In this document: positions 55,829 to 64,000 of the stretch, piece by piece
Numbering within the stretch: the first letter of the stretch is position 1
Layout: every line of letters starts with the position of its first letter
Made by a program: the position numbers and the translations under genes
Source: Candidatus Omnitrophota bacterium
GTDB taxonomy: Bacteria > Omnitrophota > Gorgyraeia > 2-01-FULL-45-10
DNA length: 64,000 nucleotides
Direction of reading: 5' to 3'
NCBI GenBank assembly: GCA_030695905.1
Contig: JAUYOL010000043.1
Span: 998-64,997, forward strand
The notes under the pieces: generated by a model
Databases searched by the model: none
Told to the model about the DNA's origin: nothing
What the model saw: only the letters and a program-made list of their open reading frames with translations

Positions 55829-57274
55829 CTATAGACAGGGTAGAGAAGATTCGCCGGCAAGGTATTTGTCAATATTGTGCGCCCCGCGGCGGCCCTCTGA
55901 GATGGCCCACACTATAAGCGACTGCCCTCTTCGCATATCGCCGGCGGCAAATACACCTTTATGTGAGGTCATATAGTCTTCGCCCGTTTTGACATTACCC
56001 CTGTTGTCAAATTCAACTTTTAATTCGCGCAATAGATTGTTGTGTTCAGGGTGAACAAAGCCTATGGCAAGTATCACAAGATCTGCATCTATTTCAAACT
56101 CGCTGCCCGGGATCTCTTTCATGATGGGGCAATTTTTCTCGTCTTTCTGGGAAAAATCAAGTTTGACGCAATGGGCCTTTTTGACATTTCCGTTTTGGCC
56201 GGTAAATTTTTTAGTGAGAACGGCCCACTGGCGTTCGCCGCCTTCCTCATGGCTTGTGGACACCTTGAATAGAATAGGATATTTTGGCCATGGAAAATCG
56301 GGCGTTCTGCATTCGGCGGGCTTGCCCAAGACTTCTACCTGCATAACACATGATGCCCCCTGTCTGTGCGCCGTCCCTACGCAATCAGCCCCCGTGTCTC
56401 CGCCGCCTATTATAAGGACCTTTTTATCTTTTGCGTTTATGAGTTCTTCGCGTGGTATTTTATTGCCGGCCACAACGCGGTTTGCCTGTATAAGGTAATC
56501 CATAGCAAAGTGTATGCCTTTTAATTCTCTTCCCTCAACTTTCAGGTCTCGTGGCTGTCTTGACCCGCCGGAAAGGCATATTGCATCGAAATTTTTTAAT
56601 ATCTTTTCAGTTTTATGATCGGTGCCGACATTAGTGGACAAAATAAATTGGATTCCTTCTTTCTTTAGAATATTAATGCGGCGGTCTATGATCTTTTTTT
56701 CGAGTTTGAAGTCAGGAATGCCGTAGCGTAATATTCCGCCAGGCCTGTCATCTTTTTCAAATACTGTAACCTTGTGCCCCGCTTTATTGAGCTGGTCCGC
56801 GCAGGATAGCCCGGCGGGGCCGGAGCCTATTACGGCCACGGATTTTCCTGTGCGTTTTTTTGGAGGCCTTGGTTTGATATAGTTTGAATTAAATGCCCAT
56901 TCTATTATCGAAAGCTCGTTATCTCTTATTGTAACAGACTCATCGTTAATGCCAAGAACGCATGCGTATTCGCACGGAGCCGGGCATATTCTGCCTGTTA
57001 TTTCGGGCAGATTATTTGTTGCGTTTAGAAGTTCGAAAGCTTTTTCCCATTCGCCATGAAAAACAAGGTCGTTCCATTCCGGTATATAATTGCAGACCGG
57101 GCAACCCCAGTGGCAGAAAGGCGTTCCGCAATCCATGCATCTTGAGGCCTGTTCTTCGGAATCCTTCTCGTTGCGCAGCTTGGCTACCCACTCGTGATCC
57201 TGCACCCTCTCGCACACAGGCCGGTAAGGCAATCCCTCTCTCTTTACTTTTAGGAAACCCTTAGGGTCACCCAT
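55829..57274 (-). CDS. gltD: Glutamate synthase (NADPH) small subunit
   Basis: N-terminal 4Fe-4S cysteine clusters, followed by an FAD/NAD(P)-binding motif VAVIGSGPAGL and a second Rossmann motif VLIIGGGDTGADC. Confidence 0.85.
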   Translation of the reverse strand: MGDPKGFLKVKREGLPYRPVCERVQDHEWVAKLRNEKDSEEQASRCMDCGTPFCHWGCPVCNYIPEWNDLVFHGEWEKAFELLNATNNLPEITGRICPAPCEYACVLGINDESVTIRDNELSIIEWAFNSNYIKPRPPKKRTGKSVAVIGSGPAGLSCADQLNKAGHKVTVFEKDDRPGGILRYGIPDFKLEKKIIDRRINILKKEGIQFILSTNVGTDHKTEKILKNFDAICLSGGSRQPRDLKVEGRELKGIHFAMDYLIQANRVVAGNKIPREELINAKDKKVLIIGGGDTGADCVGTAHRQGASCVMQVEVLGKPAECRTPDFPWPKYPILFKVSTSHEEGGERQWAVLTKKFTGQNGNVKKAHCVKLDFSQKDEKNCPIMKEIPGSEFEIDADLVILAIGFVHPEHNNLLRELKVEFDNRGNVKTGEDYMTSHKGVFAAGDMRRGQSLIVWAISEGRRGAHNIDKYLAGESSLPCL

Positions 57275-60200
57275 CCGACACCTCCGACAGGTCCATCTTC
57301 TCCTCGGCTTTTCTTGCCTGAAGTATGCGCTTGTATTCAGTAGGCATTATCTTGACAAAATATTTCTTCTCTTTATAGAAGCTGTCCAGTATCTTTTTGG
57401 CGACATGGCTTTTAGTGTATCTTGTATGGTTAAGCAAAAGGTGTTTTATGGCTTCCTCGTCCTCTGTAGTCAATTTTTCAAGCTCTACCATGCTCATATT
57501 GCATTTGTCTTTGAAAGACTTGTCCCTGTCGAATACATATGCTATGCCGCCCGACATGCCAGCGGCAAAGTTTCTACCGGTTCTGCCCAATATGACGACT
57601 CTTCCGCCGGTCATATATTCACAGCCGTGGTCTCCGACACCTTCTACGACAGCGTTTAAGCCCGAATTTCGTATACAGAACCTTTCGCCGGACACGCCTC
57701 TTATATATGCCTCGCCCGAAATAGCCCCATAGAATGTCGTATTGCCGATAACTATATTTTCTTCGGATTTGTAGGTTGCTCCGTTATCGGGATAGATAAT
57801 TATTTTCCCCCCGGATATGCCTTTGCCTACATAGTCATTTGCCATTCCTTCTAATTCGAATGTAGCTCCTTTTGCCAGAAAGGCTCCAAAACTCTGTCCG
57901 GCGATACCATTAAATTTACAGTTAATAGTATTTTCGGGCAGGCCTTCCTCGCCATATCTTCGGCATACCTCTCCGCTGAGCATTGCGCCCGTTGTTCTAT
58001 TGGTATTATTTATGGATAGTTTTATATTTACCGTATTTTTATTTTCGAGCGCGTCTTTGGCCATTTCAATCAGCTTGATGTCCAGTACGCGTTCAATATT
58101 ATGATTCTGTTTCTTCATGCAGCGTATATCCACACCTTGCGGGACATCAGGTTTAAATAAAATCTTTGAGAAATCTATATCTTTACCTTTCCAGGGTAGC
58201 GCAGATTTATCTGACTCCAGAAGATCCGTTCTCCCGGTCAATTCCTCTAAGGTTCTCACGCCCAGCCGAGCCATTATTTCACGTAATTCTTGCGATACAA
58301 ATTTGAAGTAGTTTATAAGATATTCGGATTTTCCTTTAAACCTTTTCCTTAATATATCATCCTGTGTCGCCACGCCCACAGAACAATTATTTAAATGGCA
58401 GTGCCGCAACATTACGCATCCTAATATAATAAGGGCTGCTGTGCAGAAACCAAATTCTTCAGCCCCTAAAATAGCTGCTATGGCCACGTCCCGGCCCGTA
58501 CGCATCTGCCCATCCGTCTGAAGCCTTACCCTGCTTCTCAAATCGTTAAGCACGAGCGTCTGATGTGTTTCTGACAGTCCTAATTCCCATGGAAGTCCCG
58601 CATGTTTTATCGAGCTCAATGGCGACGCGCCTGTTCCACCGTCTCCACCCGAAATAAGTATCATATCGGCATGCCCTTTCGCGACGCCTGCCGCTATAGT
58701 GCCCACGCCTATCTCCGAAACAAGTTTTACGCTTATGCGCGCGCGCGGATTGGCGTTCTTCAGGTCAAATATAAGTTGTGCCAGATCTTCTATTGAATAT
58801 ATGTCGTGATGGGGAGGCGGCGATATAAGTGTCACGCCCGGTGTGGTGTAGCGTATCTTTGCTATAGTCGCGCTTACCTTATGGCCGGGTAGTTGTCCTC
58901 CCTCTCCCGGCTTTGCTCCTTGCGATATCTTTATCTGCAGCTCATCGGCATTAACCAAATAGTTTGCGGTTACACCGAATCTTCCGGATGCAACCTGTTT
59001 TATTGAACTTCGCGCCGAATCGCCGTTTGGCAGAGGCGTGAATCTTGCAGGGTCTTCTCCGCCCTCTCCGGTATTGGACCTGCCTCCGAGTTTATTCATA
59101 GCTATGGCTATAGCCTCATGGGTCTCTTTGCTTATCGAGCCGAAACTCATCGCTCCTGTCGCAAAGTGCCTGACGATAGACTCTATGGGCTCAACCTCTT
59201 CTATAGGTATGCCATTTTGATCTTTAAATTTTAAGAGGCTTCTTAATGTGCATGGATTTTTAGACTGGTCATTTATTGACCTGGCAAATTCCTTATATTT
59301 TTCATAGTCATTACTCCATGTCGCGTCCTGCAGTTTGGATATAGATTCCGGATTCCATAGATGGAATTCTCCGTCGCGCTTCCACTGGTATAGCCCGCCC
59401 GTTTTTAGATATGGCTCTTCAGTATTCTTTGCAAAAGCATCTTTATGCCTGAGGATCGCCTCTTTAGCTATTATTTCAAATCCTATGCCGCCTATTCTTG
59501 AAACCGTTCCGGTAAAACACGCATCTACTACTTCATTGCCTAAGCCCATCGCCTCGAATATCTGGGCGCCTCTGTAGCTTTGTAATTTAGATATTCCCAT
59601 TTTTGACAAAACTTTTAGTATGCCTTTTTCCACACTCTTTATATAGTTATACCGGCCGTCCTTTTGACTGATGTCGAGTTCGCCTTCATCTATAAGTTGT
59701 CGTACAGCCTCATAGACAAGATATGGATTAATACAATCGGCTCCATATCCGAATAGAAGCGCAAAATGATGAACCTCTCGCGGTTCCGCGCTTTCAACTA
59801 TAATGCCTATCTGTGTTCTGAGCGCGTTTCGTATAAGATGGTGGTGCACCGTGGCGGTTGCCAATAGCGCAGGTATGCTGGCAAATTCCTTGCTGACACC
59901 TCGGTCACTCAAGACTATAAATGTATAACCGTTCTTAATCGCGCTTACAACTTCTTTACATATTACATCGAGCCTCTTCTTCAGTTCTTTCTCACCCGAG
60001 GCTTTGAACAATATGGAGATCGTCTTGGTTTTAAAGTTATTGAGTTTGATACCTTGTATCTTTAGAAGGTCGTCATCTGTCAGGATAGGATGTTTTAATC
60101 TTATCTTGTGACAATGCTTTTCGGATTCGCTCAGAAGGTTCTTCTCTGGGCCTATGTAGCTTTCCAGACTCATTACAAGCTCTTCTCTTATCGGGTCTAT

Positions 60201-61793
60201 GGCCGGATTCGTAACCTGTGCGAATAATTGCTTAAAATATGTATATAGAAGCTGCGGGCCTTTTGAAAGGATCGCGTGCGGCGTATCATTTCCCATGGAG
60301 CCGACCGGCTCCTGGCCGTTTTGCGCCATAGGCTTGATAATCACTTTTAAGTCTTCTCTTGAGTATCCAAACGCCTTCATTTGTGTCTGCAGATCTCCGA
60401 TTTTTTTGTTATTCTTTTTTGCCGGAAGTTTATCAAATTCAATTAGGCTGTTTTTTAGCCAGGTTTCATATGGTTGTCTGTCCGAGGCCTCTTTTTTTAT
60501 CTGAGAGTCATCTATTATTTTACCTATCTTCGTGTCTATATAAAACATCTTGCCCGGTTCCAGCCTGCCGGACGTCAGGATATCTTTGGCTGCTATATCG
60601 AGCACTCCGACCTCTGAAGCCATAACAACAAGGCCTTCTTTTGTGACAATGTAGCGCGCCGGCCTTAGACCGTTCCTGTCAAGTACGGCTCCTATGCTTA
60701 CGCCGTCGGTAAAAGCGATGGCCGCCGGACCATCCCATGGCTCCATAAGGCAGGCGTGATATTTGTAAAAATTTCTAAGCTTTCTATCCATGAGAGCGCT
60801 CTGCTCCCAGGCGTCCGGTATAAGCATCATCATCGCGTGATGTATAGGCCTTCCGGCGAGAACAAGCAGCTCGAACGCGTTATCTATTGCGGCGGAGTCG
60901 CTCCCGCCAGGTACTATTACGGGGAATACCTTCTTTATATCTTTGCCAAATAGGTCCGATTTTAACAGGCCTTCCCTGGCGCGCATCCAATTAATATTGC
61001 CCCTCAAAGTATTTATTTCGCCATTGTGAGCAAGAAATCTGAACGGCTGCGACAGGTCCCACGTGGGGAATGTGTTGGTGCTATAGCGTGAATGGACCAG
61101 GCATATGGAGCTTTTAACGTCTTTATCCTGCAGATCCGAAAAGAAGCCCTCCATCTGGTGAGGCATTAAAAGGCCTTTATAAGAAAAAGTCCTGCTCGAA
61201 AAATTCGTTATATAGAAGAAAGACCTCTGTTTGATGCAGGATTCCCGGATGGTATTCTCAATCTTTTTTCTCGTTATATACAGCGTTCTTTCAAAATCTA
61301 TGCCACAGGCCGGATTTGAATCCGCCCTCTTTATAAAAGGCTGCTCCATTACAGGCTGCGTATTTTTTGCTGTTATGCCTATATCAGAATTTTCCACAGG
61401 CACGCTTCTCCATCCAAGCAGCGTGAGTCCTTCCTTTTTTATGATCTGTGAGATGGCTTCTTTGCAGAATGTGCGGTCCTTTTCATCTGCCGGCAAAAAT
61501 ACCAAGCCTGTGCCGTATTCACCCTTGTCCGGCAAATCTATCTTTATCTTTTTGCATTCTTTAACAAAAAATTCATGCGGGATCTGTATTAGTATCCCGG
61601 CTCCATCTCCCGTTTTTGGGTCAGAGCCTGTCGCTCCACGGTGAGCCAATCGCCGCAAGACTTCGAGTCCTTGAGATACTATGCGGTTGGATGCTTTGCC
61701 CTTTACGTCACAGACGAACCCTACGCCGCACGAGTCATGCTCGAAAGCCGGGTCGTATAGCCCTTGTTTTTTTGGTAAATAGTGATATTCCAT
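57267..61793 (-). CDS. gltB: Glutamate synthase large subunit
   Basis: N-terminal Ntn amidotransferase CGVGFV. An FMN-binding central domain. A C-terminal GXGXG beta-helix region. 1508 aa. Confidence 0.9.
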   Translation of the reverse strand: MEYHYLPKKQGLYDPAFEHDSCGVGFVCDVKGKASNRIVSQGLEVLRRLAHRGATGSDPKTGDGAGILIQIPHEFFVKECKKIKIDLPDKGEYGTGLVFLPADEKDRTFCKEAISQIIKKEGLTLLGWRSVPVENSDIGITAKNTQPVMEQPFIKRADSNPACGIDFERTLYITRKKIENTIRESCIKQRSFFYITNFSSRTFSYKGLLMPHQMEGFFSDLQDKDVKSSICLVHSRYSTNTFPTWDLSQPFRFLAHNGEINTLRGNINWMRAREGLLKSDLFGKDIKKVFPVIVPGGSDSAAIDNAFELLVLAGRPIHHAMMMLIPDAWEQSALMDRKLRNFYKYHACLMEPWDGPAAIAFTDGVSIGAVLDRNGLRPARYIVTKEGLVVMASEVGVLDIAAKDILTSGRLEPGKMFYIDTKIGKIIDDSQIKKEASDRQPYETWLKNSLIEFDKLPAKKNNKKIGDLQTQMKAFGYSREDLKVIIKPMAQNGQEPVGSMGNDTPHAILSKGPQLLYTYFKQLFAQVTNPAIDPIREELVMSLESYIGPEKNLLSESEKHCHKIRLKHPILTDDDLLKIQGIKLNNFKTKTISILFKASGEKELKKRLDVICKEVVSAIKNGYTFIVLSDRGVSKEFASIPALLATATVHHHLIRNALRTQIGIIVESAEPREVHHFALLFGYGADCINPYLVYEAVRQLIDEGELDISQKDGRYNYIKSVEKGILKVLSKMGISKLQSYRGAQIFEAMGLGNEVVDACFTGTVSRIGGIGFEIIAKEAILRHKDAFAKNTEEPYLKTGGLYQWKRDGEFHLWNPESISKLQDATWSNDYEKYKEFARSINDQSKNPCTLRSLLKFKDQNGIPIEEVEPIESIVRHFATGAMSFGSISKETHEAIAIAMNKLGGRSNTGEGGEDPARFTPLPNGDSARSSIKQVASGRFGVTANYLVNADELQIKISQGAKPGEGGQLPGHKVSATIAKIRYTTPGVTLISPPPHHDIYSIEDLAQLIFDLKNANPRARISVKLVSEIGVGTIAAGVAKGHADMILISGGDGGTGASPLSSIKHAGLPWELGLSETHQTLVLNDLRSRVRLQTDGQMRTGRDVAIAAILGAEEFGFCTAALIILGCVMLRHCHLNNCSVGVATQDDILRKRFKGKSEYLINYFKFVSQELREIMARLGVRTLEELTGRTDLLESDKSALPWKGKDIDFSKILFKPDVPQGVDIRCMKKQNHNIERVLDIKLIEMAKDALENKNTVNIKLSINNTNRTTGAMLSGEVCRRYGEEGLPENTINCKFNGIAGQSFGAFLAKGATFELEGMANDYVGKGISGGKIIIYPDNGATYKSEENIVIGNTTFYGAISGEAYIRGVSGERFCIRNSGLNAVVEGVGDHGCEYMTGGRVVILGRTGRNFAAGMSGGIAYVFDRDKSFKDKCNMSMVELEKLTTEDEEAIKHLLLNHTRYTKSHVAKKILDSFYKEKKYFVKIMPTEYKRILQARKAEEKMDLSEVSDG

Positions 61794-61902
61794 GTTTACA
61801 AATTCCGTTTATTAGAGTTTATTGCATAGAATTTAAGCGGGCAAAAAGAAAGCAAATAGGCGCTCAACTTAGTTTAAGCAATTAAACCTAAATCGAACGC
61901 CT

Positions 61903-61931
61903 ATAATACAATAATGCAAGTCAATTTGCAA
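61903..61931 (-). promoter_or_regulatory. Sigma-70-type promoter TTGCAA-17-TATTAT upstream of gltB
   Basis: Both hexamers are present on the - strand with a 17-nt spacer, about 110 nt upstream of the gltB ATG. Confidence 0.3.
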
Positions 61932-61947
61932 GCTTTTTGATAGGCAT

Positions 61948-64000
61948 CTATTTTATAAAAAGCATCTCTCTGTATTTCGGCAGGTCCCAATGCTCGTCGG
62001 AAACTACGCATTCGAGCGCGTCAGCGTGCTTCCTTATATGTTCCATCAGAGGTTTTAGTTCTTCAAAATAAATCTTTGCCCTCTCTTCATGATGCAGTTT
62101 CTGTGCGCGATCCAGTAGATCTGTCATTTCGTGCAGATTGCGCCTTACATAGTAAATCTTCTGCGCGATCTCCGCCAAATGCTTCTTCTGGTCATCGAGG
62201 GTTCTTTTGTCTATTTTAACTCCGCCGGTTTTTGCCAAAATTACCAGCTTATTGAGATTGCCGGATAGTAATTTTTGATACTCATAACCGGCAGGCACAA
62301 CGCTTGCATTTACCATTTCGTTAAGTGTCTGAGCCTCGATCTCAATAGTTGTATTATAAGTATGTACCCAGATATGATAACGGGCGACGATCTCTTCTTT
62401 TGAGAATACTTTGTATTTTTCAAATAGCGCTATATTATTCTTGTCTATAAGCGCTTCGAGAGATTGATAGGTGGATGCCACATTGGGCAACCCTCTTTTT
62501 TTTGCTTCCTTAATCCACTCGGGCGCATAGTTATTACCTTCGAATCTGACATTCTTTGTTTCCTTGGCCAGCCTCGCTATTACTCGAAGAGTGGCTGTGC
62601 CGAAATCTTTTCCTTTGGACTCTTTCCTGATCTCGCCCGCAACATAGTCGAGGGAATCGGCGATTATCGTGTTGATAATAGCTATAGGAGTCGATATATT
62701 TTGCGAAGATCCGACAGCTCTGAATTCAAATTTATTTCCTGTGAACGCGAATGGTGATGTGCGGTTCCTGTCAGTCGTGTCTTTGTTAAACTGCGGAAGG
62801 CGCGCAATGCCAAGGTCTATTATATCTCGCTTGGAAATTTTATTTTTAACACCCTTCTCTATCATATCAAGGATGCCGGTCAGCTGTTCTCCCAGAAAAG
62901 CGCTTATAATGGCCGGTGGCGCTTCGTTAGCTCCAAGACGATGCTCATTGCCTGCCATCGCTACGCTTGCACGCAGCAGATCAGCATGTAGGTAGACAGC
63001 CCTTAAAACCGCTACGAGGACGGTCAGGAATTGTAGATTGTCTTCAGGTGTATCTCCCGGATTCAAAAGGTTATTTCCTTTATCATCAGCGAGCGACCAG
63101 TTGAGGTGCTTGCCGCTCCCATTTATTCCCGCGAATGGTTTTTCGTGGAGCAAGCATACCATGTTATGCCGTAACGCAACTTTTTTCATGAGTTCCATGA
63201 GAAGCTGATTGTGGTCAGCGGCTATGTTCGATTCTTCGAATATCGGAGCGAACTCATACTGATGAGGCGCGACTTCGTTATGCCTTGTCATTACCGGTAT
63301 GCCTAATTTATATGCTTCTTCAGCGACTTCAAACATGAAATTTACGACACGTTCTTTGATGGCGCCAAAATACTGGTCTTCAAGCTGCTGTCCCTTTGGC
63401 GAGGGGGCTCCTATCAGAGTCCTCCCCGTTAATAATAGATCCTGCCTCAAATTATAGTAGTTTTTATCTATAAGGAAATATTCCTGCTCCGGACCGCATG
63501 TGGACACCACTTTCTTCACATCTTTATGCCCGAAAAGTTTCAGAAGATTGACCGCTGCCTTGCTAAGCGCTTCATCAGATCGTAAAAGCGGCAGCTTCTT
63601 ATCAAGAGCTTCTCCGTGATAAGATATGAATATGGTAGGTATGCAGAGTGTGTTACCGAGCGTAGATTCTATTATGAAAGCCGGGCTCGAAGGATCCCAT
63701 GCGGTATAACCGCGCGCCTCGAATGTGGCGCGTATTCCGCCTGACGGAAAACTGCTTGCGTCCGGCTCGCCCTGGATTAATTTAGATCCGGAAAACTTCT
63801 CTATTACCTTACCCGGTTTCACAAAAGAGATAAAGCTGTCATGCTTTTCCGCCGTAAGTCCTGTCATGGGCTGGAACCAATGAGTATAATAGGTAGCGCC
63901 CTTTGCCATTGCCCATTCTTTCATGGCGTCAGCTATTTCATTTGCCTGCTCTAGAGTTATAGTTACGCCCTCGGACATCCAGCGCTTAAAGGCATCGAAT
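61948..64000 (-). CDS. glnN: Glutamine synthetase type III (GlnN), 5' end outside window
   Basis: GSIII-specific N-terminal region (ATYYTHWFQPMTGLTAEKHDSF) and catalytic-domain motifs. The frame remains open upstream of the first in-window ATG to the window edge. Confidence 0.8.
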   Translation of the reverse strand, partial: FDAFKRWMSEGVTITLEQANEIADAMKEWAMAKGATYYTHWFQPMTGLTAEKHDSFISFVKPGKVIEKFSGSKLIQGEPDASSFPSGGIRATFEARGYTAWDPSSPAFIIESTLGNTLCIPTIFISYHGEALDKKLPLLRSDEALSKAAVNLLKLFGHKDVKKVVSTCGPEQEYFLIDKNYYNLRQDLLLTGRTLIGAPSPKGQQLEDQYFGAIKERVVNFMFEVAEEAYKLGIPVMTRHNEVAPHQYEFAPIFEESNIAADHNQLLMELMKKVALRHNMVCLLHEKPFAGINGSGKHLNWSLADDKGNNLLNPGDTPEDNLQFLTVLVAVLRAVYLHADLLRASVAMAGNEHRLGANEAPPAIISAFLGEQLTGILDMIEKGVKNKISKRDIIDLGIARLPQFNKDTTDRNRTSPFAFTGNKFEFRAVGSSQNISTPIAIINTIIADSLDYVAGEIRKESKGKDFGTATLRVIARLAKETKNVRFEGNNYAPEWIKEAKKRGLPNVASTYQSLEALIDKNNIALFEKYKVFSKEEIVARYHIWVHTYNTTIEIEAQTLNEMVNASVVPAGYEYQKLLSGNLNKLVILAKTGGVKIDKRTLDDQKKHLAEIAQKIYYVRRNLHEMTDLLDRAQKLHHEERAKIYFEELKPLMEHIRKHADALECVVSDEHWDLPKYREMLFIK

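Noticed and set aside
1-64000. CRISPR arrays, tRNA/rRNA genes, transposases/integrases
   Set aside because: No regularly spaced direct repeats, no cloverleaf-like conserved tRNA motifs in the few non-coding gaps, and no DDE/tyrosine-recombinase motifs were seen in any frame.

Overview
The window is bacterial, moderately AT-rich, densely coding, and has three parts. (1) Positions 1-15100, + strand: an exopolysaccharide biosynthesis locus of the exosortase/PEP-CTERM type. It encodes a Wzy/O-antigen-ligase-like membrane protein, a hexapeptide acetyltransferase, two large two-domain GT4 glycosyltransferases, a heparinase II/III-like protein, two NodB-type polysaccharide deacetylases, a GT2, an exosortase with its CSG-Arg motif, an EpsI-like protein, then a sigma-54-type promoter driving a small uORF, a priming sugar-phosphate transferase and two PEP-CTERM proteins. 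(2) Positions 15100-23200: an unknown membrane-protein/TPR pair, a sigma-54 enhancer-binding protein with an atypical receiver, a PocR-GAF sensor protein, a four-gene minor-pilin/PilX-like cluster on the - strand, a DUF134 DNA-binding protein and a tiny overlapping lipoprotein ORF. (3) Positions 23200-64000, almost entirely - strand: a complete Pho regulon block (pit plus a DUF47 partner, dedA, phoU, pstB x2, pstA, pstC, pstS, an OMP, phoR, phoB) with a candidate PhoP-type box, glgC, a TIGR01212 radical SAM gene, mnmG, a LOG-family gene, a ParA-like ATPase fused to a CBM48 glycogen-binding domain, purQ, a PurS-PurS-PurL fusion, guaA, purF, a split carB (its C-half and N-half separated by three secreted/outer-membrane genes), carA, pyrG with an unusual palindromic leader terminator, gltD, gltB and a 5'-truncated type III glutamine synthetase. 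No rRNA, tRNA, CRISPR array or transposase was recognised. The most novel-looking items are the ParA-CBM48 fusion, the sigma-54 promoter with a palindromic UAS and a PEP-CTERM-like N-terminal extension on the priming transferase, a promoter-to-terminator sRNA candidate between mnmG and the LOG-family gene, the pyrG leader palindrome, and a 22-nt palindromic element present in two copies.
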